Under the pieces are notes generated by a model. It was not told where the DNA came from, made no database searches, and saw only the letters and a list, made by a program, of their open reading frames with translations. From the NCBI GenBank assembly GCA_964016885.1, contig OZ024741.1, positions 1,984,001 to 2,048,000 of the forward strand: a stretch of 64,000 nt of DNA, read 5' to 3'. Positions 14,501 through 29,700 of this stretch are shown here, in pieces. How positions within the stretch are numbered: the first letter of the stretch is position 1; the number at the start of each line of letters is the position of its first letter. The DNA comes from Eledone cirrhosa (lineage: Eukaryota). The position numbers and the translations under genes were made by a program.

Positions 14501-17500
14501 ATCTCAGTTGTTTATACCACTGTCTTAATGTTATCTCTGTTGTATATACCACTGTCGTAGTATTATCCCTGTTGTATATACCGCTGTCGAAATGTTATCT
14601 CTCTTTTATATACCACTCTCTTAATATTATCCCTGTTGTATATACGACTGTCTTAATGTTATCTCTGTTGTATATACCACTGTCGTAGTGTTATCTCTGT
14701 TGTATATATCTCTCTTTTATATACCACTGTCTTACTCTTATCTCTGTTGTATATACCACTGTCTTAATGTTATCTCTGTTGTATATTCTACATTCTTAGA
14801 GTTATCTCTGTTATATTTACCACTGTCGTAATGTTATCTCTGTTGTATATAACAATCTCGTATTGTTATCTCTGTTGTATATACCACTGTCCTAGTTTTA
14901 TCCCTGTTGTATATACCACTCTCTTAATGTTATCTCTGTTGTATATATCTCTGTTGTATATACCACTGTCTTAATGTTATCCATGTTGTATATACCACTT
15001 TCGTAGTGTTATCTCTGTTGTATATAACACTCTCTTAATGTTACCTCTGTTGTATATACAACTGTCGTAGTGTTATCTCTGCTGTATATATCACTGTCTT
15101 ATTCTTATCTCTGTTGTATATACGACTGTCGTAGTGTTATCTCTGTTGTTTATACCACTGTCTTAATGTTATCTCTGTTGTATATACCACTGTCTTAGTG
15201 TTATCTGTGTTGTATATACCACTGTCGTAGTGTTATCTCTGTTGTATATACCACTGTCGTAGTGTTATCTCAGTTGTTTATACCACTGTCTTAATGTTAT
15301 CTCTGTTGTATATACCACTGTCGTAGTATTATCCCTGTTGTATATACCGCTGTCGAAATGTTATCTCTCTTTTATATACCACTCTCTTAATATTATCCCT
15401 GTTGTATATACGGCTGTCTTAATGTTATCTCTGTTGTATATACCACTGTCGTAGTGTTATCTCTGTTGTATATATCTCTCTTTTATATACCACTGTCTTA
15501 CTCTTATCTCTGTTGTATATACCACTGTCTTAATCTCATCTCTGTTGTATAAACCACTGTCTTAATGTTATCTCTGTTGTATATTCTACATTCTTAGAGT
15601 TATCTCTGTTATATTTACCACTGTCGTAATGTTATCTCTGTTGTATATACCACTGTTGTAGTGTTATCTCTGTTGTATAAACCACTGTCTTAGTGTTATC
15701 TCTGTTGTATATACCACTGTTTGTAGTGTTATCTCTGTAGAGTAAACCACTGTCTTAATGTAACATTTGTTGTATATTCAACAGTATTAGTGTTATCACT
15801 GTAGTATACACCACTGTCTTAGTGTTATCTCTCTTGTATATACCACCGTCTTAATGTTATCTCTGTTGTATATACCACTGTCTTAATGTTATCTCTGTTG
15901 TAGATACCACTGTCTTAATGTTGTCTCTGTTGTATATATCTATGTTGTATATATCACTGTCTTAGTTTTATCTCTGTGGTATATACCACTGTCTTAATGT
16001 TATATCTGTTGTATATACCACTGTCTTAATGTTATCTCTGTTGTATATACCACTGTCAAAGTGTTATCTCTGTTGTATAAACCACTGTCTTAGTGTTATC
16101 TGTGTTGTATATACCACTGTCGTAGTGTTATCTCTGTTGTATATACCACTGTCGTAGTGTTATCTCTGTTGTTTATACCACTGTCTTAATGTTATCTCTG
16201 TTGTATATACCACTGTCGTAGTATTATCCCTGTTGTATATACCGCTGTCGAAATGTTATCTCTCTTTTATATACCACTCTCTCAATATTATCCCTGTTGT
16301 ATATACGACTGTCGAAATGTTATCTCTGTTGTATATACCACTGTCGTAGTGTTATCTCTGTTGTATATATCTCTCTTTTATATACCACTGTCTTAATCTC
16401 ATCTCTGTTGTATATACCAATGTCTTAGTGTTATCTCTGTTGTATATACCACTGTCGTAGTGTTATCTCTGTTGTATAAACCACTGTCTTAATGTTATCT
16501 CTGTTGTATATTCTACGTTCTTAGTGTTATCTCTGTTATATTTAGCACTGTCGTAATGTTATCTCTGTTGTATATACCACTGTTGTAGTGTTATCTCTGT
16601 TATATAAACCACTGTCTTAATGTTACATTTGTTGTATATTCAACAGTATTAGTGTTATCTCTGTAGTATATACCACTGTCTTAGTGTTATCTCTCTTATA
16701 TATACCACTGTCTTAATGTTATCTCTGTTGTATATCCCACTGTCTTAATGTTGTCTCTGTTGTATATACCACTATCTTAGTGTTATCCCTGTTGTATATA
16801 GCATTGTCCTAGTGTTATCTCTGTTGTATATATCACTGTCTTAATTCAATCTCTGTTGTATATACCACTGTCTTAATGTTATCTCTATTGTATATATCTA
16901 TGTTGTATATATCACTGTCTTAGTTTTATCTCTGTTGCATATACCACCGTCTTAATTTTATCTCTGTTGTATATACCACTGTCTTAATCATATCTCTGTT
17001 CTATATACCACTGTCTAAGTGTTATCCCTGTTGTATAAACCACCGTCTTAGTGTTATCTGTTGTATATATCACTATCGGAATGTTATCTATCTTTTATAT
17101 ACTACTGTCTTAATCTTATTTCTGTTGTATATACCACTGTCTTAGTGTTATCTCTGTTGTATATACCACTGTCTTAGTGTTATCCCTAATGTATACACGA
17201 CTGTCGTAGTGTTATCTGTGTTGTATATACCACTGTCGTAATGTTATCTCTGTTGTATACACCACTGTCTTAGTGTTATCTCTGTTGTATATACCACTGT
17301 AGTAATGTTATCTCACTTTTATATACCACTGTTTTGATATTATCTCTGTTGTATATACCACTGTCTTAATGTTATCTCTGTTGTATATACCTCGGTCTTA
17401 GTGTTATCTCTGTTGTATATACCACTGTCTTAATGTCATATTTGTTGTATATACCACTGTCGTAGTCTTATCTCTGTTGCATATACCACTGTCTTAATGC

Positions 17501-20500
17501 TAACTCTGTTGTATATACCACTGTCTTAATGTTATATTCGTTGTATATACCACTGTCGTAGTGTTATCACTGTTGTATATACCACTGTCGTAGTGTTATC
17601 TCTGTTCTATATACCACTGTCCTAGAGTTATCTCTGTTGTATATATCACTGTCTTACTGTTATCTCTGTTGTATATACCACTCTCTTAGTGTTATCTCTG
17701 TTGAATAAACCACTGTCTTAATGTTATCTCTGTTGTATATACCACTGTCTTAGTGTTATCTCTGTTGTATATACCGCTGTCGTAGTGTTATCTCTGTTGT
17801 ATATACCACTGTCTTAATGTTATCTCTGTTGTATATAACAATCTCGTAGTATTAACCCTGTTGTATATACCAATATCGTAGTGTTATCTCTGTTGTATAT
17901 ACCACTGTCTTAATGTTATCTCTGTTGTATATACCACTGTCGTAGTGTTATCTCTGTTGTATATACCACTGTCTTAATGTTATCTCTGTATATACCGCTA
18001 TCGTAGTGCTATCTCTGTTGTATATACCACTGGCGTAGTGTTATCTCTGTTGTATATAACACTCTCTTAATGTTATCTCAGTTGTATATACCACTCTCTG
18101 AATGTTATATCTGTCGTATATATCTCTGTTGTATATACCACTGTCTTAATGTTATGTCTATTGTATATACCTCTGTATTAGTGTTATCTCTGTTGTATAT
18201 ACCACTGTCCTAGTTTTATCCCTGTTGTATATACCACTCTCTTAATGTTATCTCTGTTGTATATATCTCTGTTGTATATACCACTGTCTTAATGTTATCC
18301 ATGTTGTATATACCACTTTCGTAGTGTTATCTCTGTTGTATATAACACTCTCTTAATGTTACCTCTGTTGTATATACAACTGTCGTAGTGTTATCTCTGC
18401 TGTATATATCACTGTCTTATTCTTATCTCTGTTGTATATACGACTGTCGTAGTGTTATCTCTGTTGTTTATACCACTGTCTTAATGTTATCTCTGTTGTA
18501 TATACCACTGTCTTAGTGTTATCTGTGTTGTATATACCACTGTCGTAGTGTTATCTGTGTTGTATATACCACTGTCGTAGTGTTATCTCTGTTGTATATA
18601 CCACTGTCGTAGTGTTATCTCAGTTGTTTATACCACTGTCTTAATGTTATCTCTGTTGTATATACCACTGTCGTAGTATTATCCCTGTTGTATATACCGC
18701 TGTCGAAATGTTATCTCTCTTTTATATACCACTCTCTTAATATTATCCCTGTTGTATATACGACTGTCTTAATGTTATCTCTGTTGTATATACCACTGTC
18801 GTAGTGTTATCTCTGTTGTATATATCTCTCTTTTATATACCACTGTCTTACTCTTATCTCTGTTGTATATACCACTGTCTTAATCTCATCTCTGTTGTAT
18901 AAACCACTGTCTTAATGTTATCTCTGTTGTATATTCTACATTCTTAGAGTTATCTCTGTTATATTTACCACTGTCGTAATGTTATCTCTGTTGTATATAC
19001 CACTGTTGTAGTGTTATCTCTGTTGTATAAACCACTGTCTTAGTGTTATCTCTGTTGTATATACCACTGTTTGTAGTGTTATCTCTGTAGTATAAACCAC
19101 TGTCTTAATGTAACATTTGTTGTATATTCAACAGTATTAGTGTTATCACTGTAGTATACACCACTGTCTTAGTGTTATCTCTCTTGTATATACCACCGTC
19201 TTAATGTTATCTCTGTTGTATATACCACTGTCTTAATGTTATCTCTGTTGTATATACCACTGTCTTAATGTTGTCTCTGTTGTATATACCACTGTCTTAG
19301 TGTTATCTCTGTTGTATATAGCACTGTCCTAGTGTTATCTCTATTGTATATACCACTGTCTTAATGTTATCTCTATTGTATATATCTATCTTGTATATAT
19401 CACTGTCTTAGTTTTATCTCTGTGGTATATACCACTGTCTTAATGTTATATCTGTTGTATATACCACTGTCTTAATGTTATCTCTGTTGTATATACCACT
19501 GTCAAAGTGTTATCTCTGTTGTATAAACCACTGTCTTAGTGTTATCTGTGTTGTATATACCACTGTCGTAGTGTTATCTCTGTTGTATATACCACTGTCG
19601 TAGTGTTATCTCTGTTGTTTATACCACTGTCTTAATGTTATCTCTGTTGTATATACCACTGTCGTAGTATTATCCCTGTTGTATATACCGCTGTCGAAAT
19701 GTTATCTCTCTTTTATATACCACTCTCTTAATATTATCCCTGTTGTATATACGACTGTCGAAATGTTATCTCTGTTGTATATACCACTGTCGTAGTGTTA
19801 TCTCTGTTGTATATATCTCTCTTTTATATACCACTGTCTTAATCTCATCTCTGTTGTATATACCAATGTCTTAGTGTTATCTCTGTTGTATATACCACTG
19901 TCGTAGTGTTATCTCTGTTGTATAAACCACTGTCTTAATGTTATCTCTGTTGTATATTCTACATTCTTAGTGTTATCTCTGTTATATTTAGCGCTGTCGT
20001 AATGTTATCTCTGTTGTATATACCACTGTTGTAGTGTTATCTCTGTTATATAAACCACTGTCTTAATGTTACATTTGTTGTATATTCAACAGTATTAGTG
20101 TTATCTCTGTAGTATATACGACTGTCTTAGTGTTATCTCTCTTATATATACCACTGTCTTAATGGTATCTCTGTTGTATATCCCACTGTCTTAATGTTGT
20201 CTCTGTTGTATATACCACTATCTTAGTGTTATCCCTGTTGTATATAGCATTGTCCTAGTGTTATCTCTGTTGTATATATCACAGTCTTAATTCAATCTCT
20301 GTTGTATATACCACTGTCTTAATGTTATCTCTATTGTATATATCTATGTTGTATATATCACTGTCTTAGTTTTATCTCTGTTGCATATACCACCGTCTTA
20401 ATTTTATCTCTGTTGTATATACCACTGTCTTAATGATATCTCTGTTCTATATACCACTGTCTAAGTGTTATCCTTGTTGTATAAACCACCGTCTTAGTGT

Positions 20501-23365
20501 TATCTGTTGTATATATCACTATCGGAATGTTATCTATCTTTTATATACTACTGTCTTAATCTTATTTCTGTTGTATATACCACTGTCTTAGTGTTATCTC
20601 TGTTGTATATACCACTGTCTTAGTGTTATCCCTAATGTATACACGACTGTCGTAGTGTTATCTGTGTTGTATATACCACTGTCGTAATGTTATCTCTGTT
20701 GTATACACCACTGTCTTAGTGTTACCTCTGTTGTATATACCACTGTAGTAATGTTATCTCACTTTTATATACCACTGTCTTGATATTATCTCTGTTGTAT
20801 ATACCACTGTCTTAATGTTATCTCTGTTGTATATACCTCGGTCTTAGTGTTATCTCTGTTGTATATACCACTGTCTTAATGTCATATTTGTTGTATATAC
20901 CACTGTCGTAGTGTTATCTCTGTTGCATATACCACTGTCCTAATGCTATCTCTGTTGTATATACCACTGTCTTAATGTTATATTTGTTGTATATACCACT
21001 GTCGTAGTGTTATCACTGTTGTATATACCACTGTCGTAGTGTTATCTCTGTTCTATATACCACTGTCCTAGAGTTATCTCTGTTGTATATATCACTGTCT
21101 TACTGTTATCTCTGTTGTATATACCACTCTCTTAGTGTTATCTCTGTTGAATAAACCACTGTCTTAATGTTATCTCTGTTGTATATACCACTGTCTTAGT
21201 GTTATCTCTGTTGTATATACCGCTGTCGTAGTGTTATCTCTGTTGTATATACCACTGTCTTAATGTTATCTCTGTTGTATATAACAATCTCGTAGTATTA
21301 TCCCTGTTGTATATACCAATATCGTAGTGTTATCTCTGTTGTATATACCACTGTCTTAATGTTATCTCTGTTGTATATACCACTGTCGTAGTGTTATCTC
21401 TGTTGTATATACCACTGTCTTAATGTTATCTCTGTATATACCGCTATCGTAGTGCTATCTCTGTTGTATATACCACTGGCGTAGTGTTATCTCTGTTGTA
21501 TATAACACTCTCTTAATGTTATCTCAGTTGTATATACCACTCTCTGAATGTTATATCTGTCGTATATATCTCTGTTGTATATACCACTGTCTTAATGTTA
21601 TGTCTATTGTATATACCTCTGTATTAGTGTTATCTCTGTTGTATATACCACTGTCTTAATGTTATCTCTGTTGTATATTTTACATTCTTAGTGTTATCTC
21701 TGTTATATTTAGCACTGTCGTAGTGTTATCTCTGTTGTATAAACCACTGTCTTAGTGTTATCTCTGTTGTATATACCACTGTCTTAGTGTTATCTCTGTT
21801 GTATATACCACTGTCTTAATGTTATGTCTGTTGTATATACCACTGTCTTAGTGTTATCCCTATTTCATACACGATTGTCGTAGTGTTATCTCTGTTGTAT
21901 ATAACTCGGTCTTAGTGTTATCTCTGTTGTATATACCACTGTCGTAGTGTTATCTCTGTTTTATATACCACTGTCTTAATGTTATCTCTGTTGTATATAC
22001 CTCTGTCTTAGTGTTATCTCTGTTGTATATACCACTATCCTAGTGTTATCTCTGTTGTATATATCACTGTTTACTGTTATCTCTGTTGTATATACCACTG
22101 TCTTAATGTTATCTCTGTTGTATATACCACTGTCTTAATGTTATATGTGTTGTATATACCACTGTCGTAGTGTTATCACTGTTGTATATATCACTGTCTT
22201 AGTGTTATCTCTGTTGTATATACCACTGTCCTAGTGTTATCTCTGTTGTATATACCACTCTCTTAATGTTATCTCTGTTGTATATATCTCTGTTGTATAT
22301 ACCACTGTCTTAATGGTATCTCTGTTGTATATACCACTCTCGTAGTAATATCCCTGTTGTATATACCGCTATCGTAGTGTTATCTCTGTTGTATATACCA
22401 CTGGCGTAGTGTTATCTCTGTTGTATATAACACTCTCTTAAGGTTATCTGTGTTGTATATATCACTGTATTAGTGTTACCTCTGTTGTATATACCACTCT
22501 CTTAATGTTACCTCTGTTGTATATACCACTCTCTTAATGTTATCTCTGTTGTATATACCACTGTCTTAATGTTATGTCTGTTGTATATACCTCTGTATTA
22601 GTGTTATCTCTGTTGTATATACCACTGTCCTAGTTTTATCTCTGTTGTATATATCACAGTCTTAGTTTTACCTCTGTTGTATATACCTCTGTCTTAATGT
22701 TATGTCTGTTGTATATACCACTGTCTTATTGTAATCTCTGTTGTAAATACCACTGTCGTAGTGTTATCTCTGTTGTATATACCACTGTCCTAGTGTTATC
22801 TCTGTTGTATATATCACTGTCTTAGTTTTACCTCTGTTGTATATACCTCTGTCGTAGTGTTATCTCTGTTGTATATACCACTGTCTTAATGTTATCTCTG
22901 TTGTATATACCACTGTCCTAGTGTTATCTCTGTTGTATATATCACTGTCCTAGTGTTATCTCTGTTGTTTATATCACTGTCTTAGTGTTATCTCTGTTGT
23001 ATATACCACTGTCTTATTGTTATCTCTGTTGTATATACCACTGTCGTAGTGTTATCTCTGTTGTATATACCACTGTCCTAGTGTTATCTCTGTTGTATAT
23101 ATCACTGTCTTAGTTTTACCTCTGTTGTATATATCTCTGTCTTAATGTTATGTCTGTTGTATATAACACTGTCTTAGTGTTATCTCTGTTGTATATACCA
23201 CTGTCTTAGTGTTATCTCTGTTGTATATACCACTGTCTTAGTGTTACCTCTGTTGTATATACCACTCTCTTAATGTTATCTCTGTTGTATATATCTCTGT
23301 TGTATATACCACTGTCTTAATGTTATCCATGTTGTATATACCACTGTCTTAGTTTTATCCCTGTT

Positions 23366-23744
23366 CCCCTAGATGGACTAAGCCATTTAGAGCTACATTT
23401 ATTGGCTAGAGAACCCCAATAATATCGGAGATCAGACTAATCACTGACATCTAGTTTGGTTCTCTGACGGCGTATACAATTAGCCGTCTATTCTTCCCTT
23501 ATCTAATCATTTCTCATCGTATCGACATTGCGATATTGTGTATTACGTTGTTGTTTCTTTTGTTTTTTTATTCGCAGGTTTTAGACGGCAGACACCTCTC
23601 ACTTGCAAGTTTCTAGGTCTTCTTATCATTTCAAACATATAATTCTTGATTGAAATTGGAGAAAATATCAGATAACGGCAGGAATATGATAAAAGCAAAT
23701 CCAAATAGAGTTTTTGATGACACGAAAGTATGTATGGACCACGA
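23366..23744. other. Non-repetitive ~380-bp spacer between the 32-bp and 51-bp satellites
   Basis: No tandem periodicity. It contains a T-rich tract plus CAG (23551-23577) and AAA|GTATGT (23728). Confidence 0.85.
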
Positions 23745-26700
23745 ACTCTTGATTGAGTTGTGGGGTCATCATACTGACATGAAGAGAGTCTTATGACCCT
23801 TGATTGAGTTGTGGGATCATCACACTGACATGAAGAGAATCTTAGAACCCTTGATTAAGTTGTGGGTTCATCATAATGACATGAAGAGAGTGTTAGGACA
23901 CTTGATTGAGTTGTGAGGTTATCATTGTGACTTTAAACGAGTCTTAGTTCCCTTGATTGAGTTGTGGGGTCATCATTGTGACAGGAAGAGAGTCTTCGGA
24001 TCCTTGATTGAGTTGTGGGGTCATCACACTGACAGGAAGAGAGTCTTCGGACTCATGATTGAGTTGTGGGGTCGTCATCGTGACAGGAAGATAGTCTTAG
24101 GACACTTGATTGAGTTGTGGGGTCATCACACTGAAATGACAAGAGTCTTAGGATCCTTGATTGAGTTGTGGGGTCATCATAGTGACAGGAAGAGAGTCTT
24201 AGGATCCTTGAATGAGTTGTGATGTCATCATAGTGACAGGAAAGGAGACTTAGGACCCTTGATTGAGTTGTAGGTTCATCTCACTGATATGAAGAGAGTC
24301 TTTGGACCCTTGATTGAGTTGTAGGGTCATCATAGTGACATGGAGAGAGTCTTAGGATACTTGATTGAGTTGTGGGGTCATCATAGTGACATGAAGAGAG
24401 TCCTAGGACCCTTGATTGAGTGGTGGGGTCATCACACTTACATGAAGAGTGTCTTAGGACCCTTGATTTAGTTGTGGGGTCATCATAGTGACATGAAGCT
24501 AGTCTTAGGACCCTTGATTGAGTTGTGGGGTCATCACACTGACATGAAGAGAGTCTTAGGATCCTTGATTGAGTTGTGGGCTCATCATAGTGACATGACG
24601 AGGGTCTTCGGACTCTTGATTGAGTTGTGGGGTCATCATAGTAACAGGAAATGAGTGTTAGGATCCTTGATTGAGTCGTGGGGTCATCATAGTGACAAGA
24701 AGAGTGTCTTAGGATCCTTGATTGAGGTGTGAGGTCATCACAGTGACAGGAAGAGAGTCTTAGGACCCTTGATTGAGTTGTGGGTTCATCACACTGATAT
24801 GAAGAGAGTCTCAGAACCCTTCATTGAGTTGTGGTGTCATCATAGTGATATGAAGCGAGTCTTAGGACCCTTGATTGAGTTGTGGGGTCATCATAGTGAC
24901 AGGAAGAGAGTCTTAGGATCCTTGATTTAGTTTACAGGTCATCATAGTGACATGAAGAGAGTCTTAGGACCCTTGATTGAGTTGTGGGGTCATCATAGTG
25001 ACAGGAAGAGAGTCTTAGGACCCTTGATTGAGTTGTGGGATCATCATTGTGACAGGAAGAGAGTCTTGGGATCCTTGATTGAGTTGTGGGGTCAACATAG
25101 TGACATGAAGAGAGTCTTAGGACCCTTGATTCAGTTGTGGGGTCATCATATTTACAGGAAGAGAGGCTTAGGATCCTTGATGGGTTGTGGGTTCATCATA
25201 GTTTCAGGAAGAGAGTCTTAGGACTCTTGATTGAGTTGTGGGGTCATAATAGTGACATGAAGCGAGTCTTGGTACCCTTGATTGAGTTGTCGGCTCATTA
25301 TCGTGGCAGGAAGAGAGTCTTAGGATACTTGATTGAGTTTACGGGTCATCATAGTGACATAAAGAGAGTCTTAGTATCCTTGATTGTGTTGTGGGGTCAT
25401 CATAGTGACATGAAGAGAGTGTTAGGACCCTTGATTGAGTTGTGGGTTCATCATAGTGACAGGAAGAGAGTCTTGGGATCCTTGATTGAGTTGTGGGGTC
25501 ATCATAGTGACATGAAGAGAGTCTTAGGACCCTTGATTCAGTTGTGGGCTCATCATAGTGAGAGAAAGAGCGGCTTAGGATCCTTGATTGAGTTGTGGGT
25601 TCATCATACTGACAGGAAGAGAGTCTTAGGACTCTTGATTGAGTTGTGGGTTCATCATAGTGACATGAAGAGAGTCCTAGAACCCTTGATTGAGTGGTGG
25701 GGTCATCACACTTACATGAAGAGTGTCTTAGGACCCTTGATTTAGTTGTGGGATCATCATAGTGACATGAAGCTAGTCTTAGGACCCTTGATTGAGTTGT
25801 GGGGTCATCATACTGACATGAAGAGAATCTTAGGATCCTTGATTGAGTTGTGGGTTCATCATACTGACAGGAAGAGAGTCTTAGGACTCTTGATTGAGTT
25901 GTGGTGTCATCATAGTGACATGAAGAGAGTCCTAGGACCCTTGATTGAATTATGGGGTCATCATAGTGACAGGAAGAGAGACTTAGGAACCTTGATTGAG
26001 TTGTGGGGTCATCATAGTGACAGGAAGAGGGACTTAGGGTCCATGATTGAGTTTAGGTGTCATCACACTGACATGAAGAGCGTCTTAGGATCCTTGATTG
26101 TGTTGTGGGGTCATCATAGTGACAGGAAGAGAGTCTTAGGATCCTTGATTGAGTTGTGGGGTCATCATAGTGACTTGAAACGAGTCTTAGGAGGCTTGAT
26201 TGAGTTGTCGGTTCATCATAATGACATGAAGAGAGTCTTAGGACCCTTGATTGAGTTGTGAGGTCATCATAGTTACTTGAAGCGAGTCTTCGGATCCTTG
26301 ATTGAGTTGTGGGGGTCATCATAGTGAATTGAAGAGAGCCCTAGGACACTTGATTGAGTTGTGGGGACATCACACTAACATGAAGAGAGAGTGTCTTAGG
26401 ACCCTTGATTTAGTTGTGGGGTCATCATGGTAACGTGAAGCTAGTCTTAGGACCCTTGATTGAGTTGTGGGGTCATCACACTGACAGGAAGGGAGTCTTA
26501 GGATACTTGATTGAGTTGTGGGGTCATCATAGTGACATGAAGAGAGTCTTAGGACATTTGATGGAGTTCTGGGGTCCTCATAGTGACAGGAAGAGAGTCT
26601 TAGGATCCTTGATTGAGTTGTGGGGTCATCATAGTGACAGGAAGAGAGTCTTAGGATCCTTGATTGAGTTGTGGGGTCATCATAGTGACAGGAAGAGAGT

Positions 26701-29700
26701 CTTAGGATCCTTGATTGAGTTGTGGGTTCATCATAGTGACAGGAAGAGAGTCTTAGGACTCTTGAGTGAGTTGTGGGGTCATCATAGTGACATGAAGCGA
26801 GTCTTAGGACCCTTGATTGAGTTGTGGGCTCATCATAGTGACAGGAAGAGAGTCTTAGGATACTTGATTGAGTTTACGGGTCATCATAGTGACATGAAGA
26901 GAATCTTAGGATCCTTGATTGTGTTGTGGGGTCATCATAGTGACATGAAGAGAGTGTTAGGACCCTTGATTGAGTTGTGGGGTCATCATAGTGACAGGAA
27001 CAGAGTCTTGGGTTCCTTGATTGAGTTGTGGGGTCATCATAGTGACATGAAGCGAGACTTAGGACCCTTGATTGAGTTGTGTGGTCATTATAGTGACAGG
27101 AAGAGAGTCTTCGGATCCTTGATTGAGTTGTGGGGTCATCATAGTGACATGAAGAGAGCCCTAGGACACTTGATTGAGTTGTGGGGTCATCATAGTGACA
27201 TGAAGAGAGTCTTAGGATCCTTGATTGTGTTGTGGGGTCATCATAGTGAAATGAAGAGAGTGTTAGGACCCTTGATTGAGTTGTGGGGTCATCATAGTGA
27301 CAGAAAGAGAGTCTTGGGTTCCTTGATTGAGTTGTGGGGTCATCATAGTGACATGAAGAGAGTCTTAGGACCCTTGATTCAGTTGTGGGCTCATCATAGT
27401 GAGCGGAAGAGCGGCTTAGGATCCTTAATTGAGTTGTGGGTTCCTCATACTGACAGGAAGAGAGTCTTAGGTCTCTTGATTGAGGTGTGGGGTCATCATA
27501 GTGACAGGAAGAGAGTCTTAGGATCCTTGATTGAGTTTCGGTGTCATCACACTGACATGAAGAGAGTCTTAGGACCCTTGATTCAGTTGTGGGCTAATCA
27601 TAGTGACATGAAGAGAGTCTTAGGACCCTTGATTGAGTTGTGGGGTCATCATAGTGACAGGAAGAGAGTCTTAGGACCCTTGATTGAGTTGTGGGGTCAT
27701 CATAGTGACAGGAAGAGAGTCTTAGGACTCTTGATTGAGCTGTGGGGTCATCATAGTGACAGGAAAAGAGTCTTAGGATCCTTGATTGAGTTTGGTGTCA
27801 TTACACTGACATGAAGAGAGTCTTAGGATCCTTGATTGTGTTGTGGGGTCATCATAGTGACAGGAAGAGAGTCTTAGGATCCTTGATTGAGTTGTGGGGT
27901 CATCATAGTGACTTGAAACTAGTCTTAGGGTGCTTGATTGAGTTGTCGGTTCATCATAATGACATGAAGAGAGTCTTAGGACCCTTGATTGAGTTGTGAA
28001 GTCATCATAGTGACAGGAAGAGAGTCTTAGGACTCTTGATTGAGCTGTGGGGTCATCATAGTGACAGGAAGAGAGTCTTCGGATCCTTGATTGAGTTGTG
28101 GGGTCATCATAGTGACATGAAGAGAGTCCTAGGACCCTTGATTGAGTTGTGGGGTCATCAGACTGACAGGAAGAGTGTTTTAGGACCCTTGATTTAGTTG
28201 TGGGGTCATCATAGTCACATGAAGCTAGTCTTAGGACCCTTGATTGAGTTGTGGGTTCATCACACTGATATGAAGAGAGTCTCAGAACCCTTGATTGAGT
28301 TGTGGGGTCATCATAGTGATATGAAGCAAGTCTTAGGACCCTTGATTGAGCTGTGGGGTCATCATAGTGACATGAAGATAGCCTTAGGACCCTTGATTCA
28401 GTTGTGGGCTCATCATAGTGAGAGGAAGAGCAGTTTAGGATCCTTAATTGAGTTGTGGGTTCTTCATACTGACAGGAAGAGAGTCTTAGGACTCTTGATT
28501 GAGTTGTGGGGTCATCATAGTGACATGAAGGGAGTCCTAAGACCCTTAATTGAATTGTGGGGTCATCATAGTGACAGGAAGAGAGTCTTAGGACCCTTGA
28601 TTGAGTTGTGGGGTCATCATAGTGACATGAAGAGAGTCCTAAGACCCTTAATTGAATTGTGGGGTCATCATAGTGACAGGAAGAAAGTCTTAGGACCCTT
28701 GATTGAGTTGTGGGTTCATCATAGTGATATGAAGCGAGTCTTAGGACCCTTGATTGAGTTGTGGGGGTCATCATAGTGACAGGAAGAGAGTCTTAGGATT
28801 CTTGATTGAGTTGTGGGGTCATCATAGGGACTTGAAACGAGCCTTAGGATGCTTGATTGAGTTGTCGGTTCATCATAATGACATGAAGAGAGTCTTAGGA
28901 CACCTGATGGAGTTGTGAGGTCATCATAGTGACTTGAAGCGAGTCTTAGGACCCTTGATTGAGTTGTGTGGTCATCATAGCGACAGGAAGAGAGTCTTCG
29001 GATCCTTGATTGAGTTGTGGGGTCATCATAGTGACATGAAGAGAGCCCTAGGACACTTGATTGAGTTGTGGGTTCATCACACTGACATGAAGAGTGTCTT
29101 AGGACCCTTGATTGAGTTGTGGGGTCATCACACTGACATGAAGAGAGTCTTAGGACCCTTGATTGAGTTGTGGGGTCATCATAGTGACAGGAAGTGAGTC
29201 TTAGGATACTTGATTGAGTTGTGGGGTCATCATAGTGACACGATGAGAGTCTTAGGACCTTTGATTGAGTTGTGGGGTCATCATAGTGACAGGAAGAGAG
29301 TCTTAGGATCCTTGATTGAGTTGTGGGGTCATCATAATGAGAGGAAGGGAGTCTTAGGATCCTTGATTGAATTATGGGGTCATCATAGTGACAGGAAGAG
29401 AGTCCTAGGATCCTTGATTGAGTTGTGGGTTCATGATAGTGACAGGAAGAGAGTCTTAGGACTCTTGATTGAGTTGTGGGGTCATCATAGTGACATGAAG
29501 CGAGTCTTAGGACCCTTGATTGAGTTGTGGGCTCATCATAGTGACAGGAAGAGAGTCTTAGGATACTTGATTGAGTTTACGGGTCATCATAGTGACATGA
29601 AGAGAGTCTAAGGACCCTTGATTGAGTTGTGAGGTCATCATAGTGACTTGAAGCGAGACTTAGGGCCCTTGATTGTGTTGTGGAGCCATCATAGTGAAAT

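Larger units (their letters stand above)
1..23365 (+). repeat. Tandem satellite, 32-bp unit (consensus GTTATCTCTGTTGTATATACCACTGTC[TTAAT/GTAGT/TTAGT]), roughly 730 units, continuing beyond the window start
   Basis: The unit can be read directly (e.g. 301-332) and repeats head-to-tail. Occasional 15-bp half units (CTCTGTTGTATATAC) occur. The array ends abruptly at ...TTATCCCTGTT|CCCCTAG. Confidence 0.98.

Noticed and set aside
1-23365. CRISPR array (32-bp repeats)
   Set aside because: The repeats are head-to-tail with no unique spacers, there are no cas genes, and the context is eukaryotic.
23466-23488. Small GACGGC/GCCGTC hairpin sharing AATTAGCCGTC with element A
   Set aside because: An 11-bp match with no further similarity is compatible with chance.
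23300-23800. Common origin of the 32-bp and 51-bp satellites (shared GTCTTAG and GTTGT)
   Set aside because: Only 5-7-nt words are shared and the units do not align.
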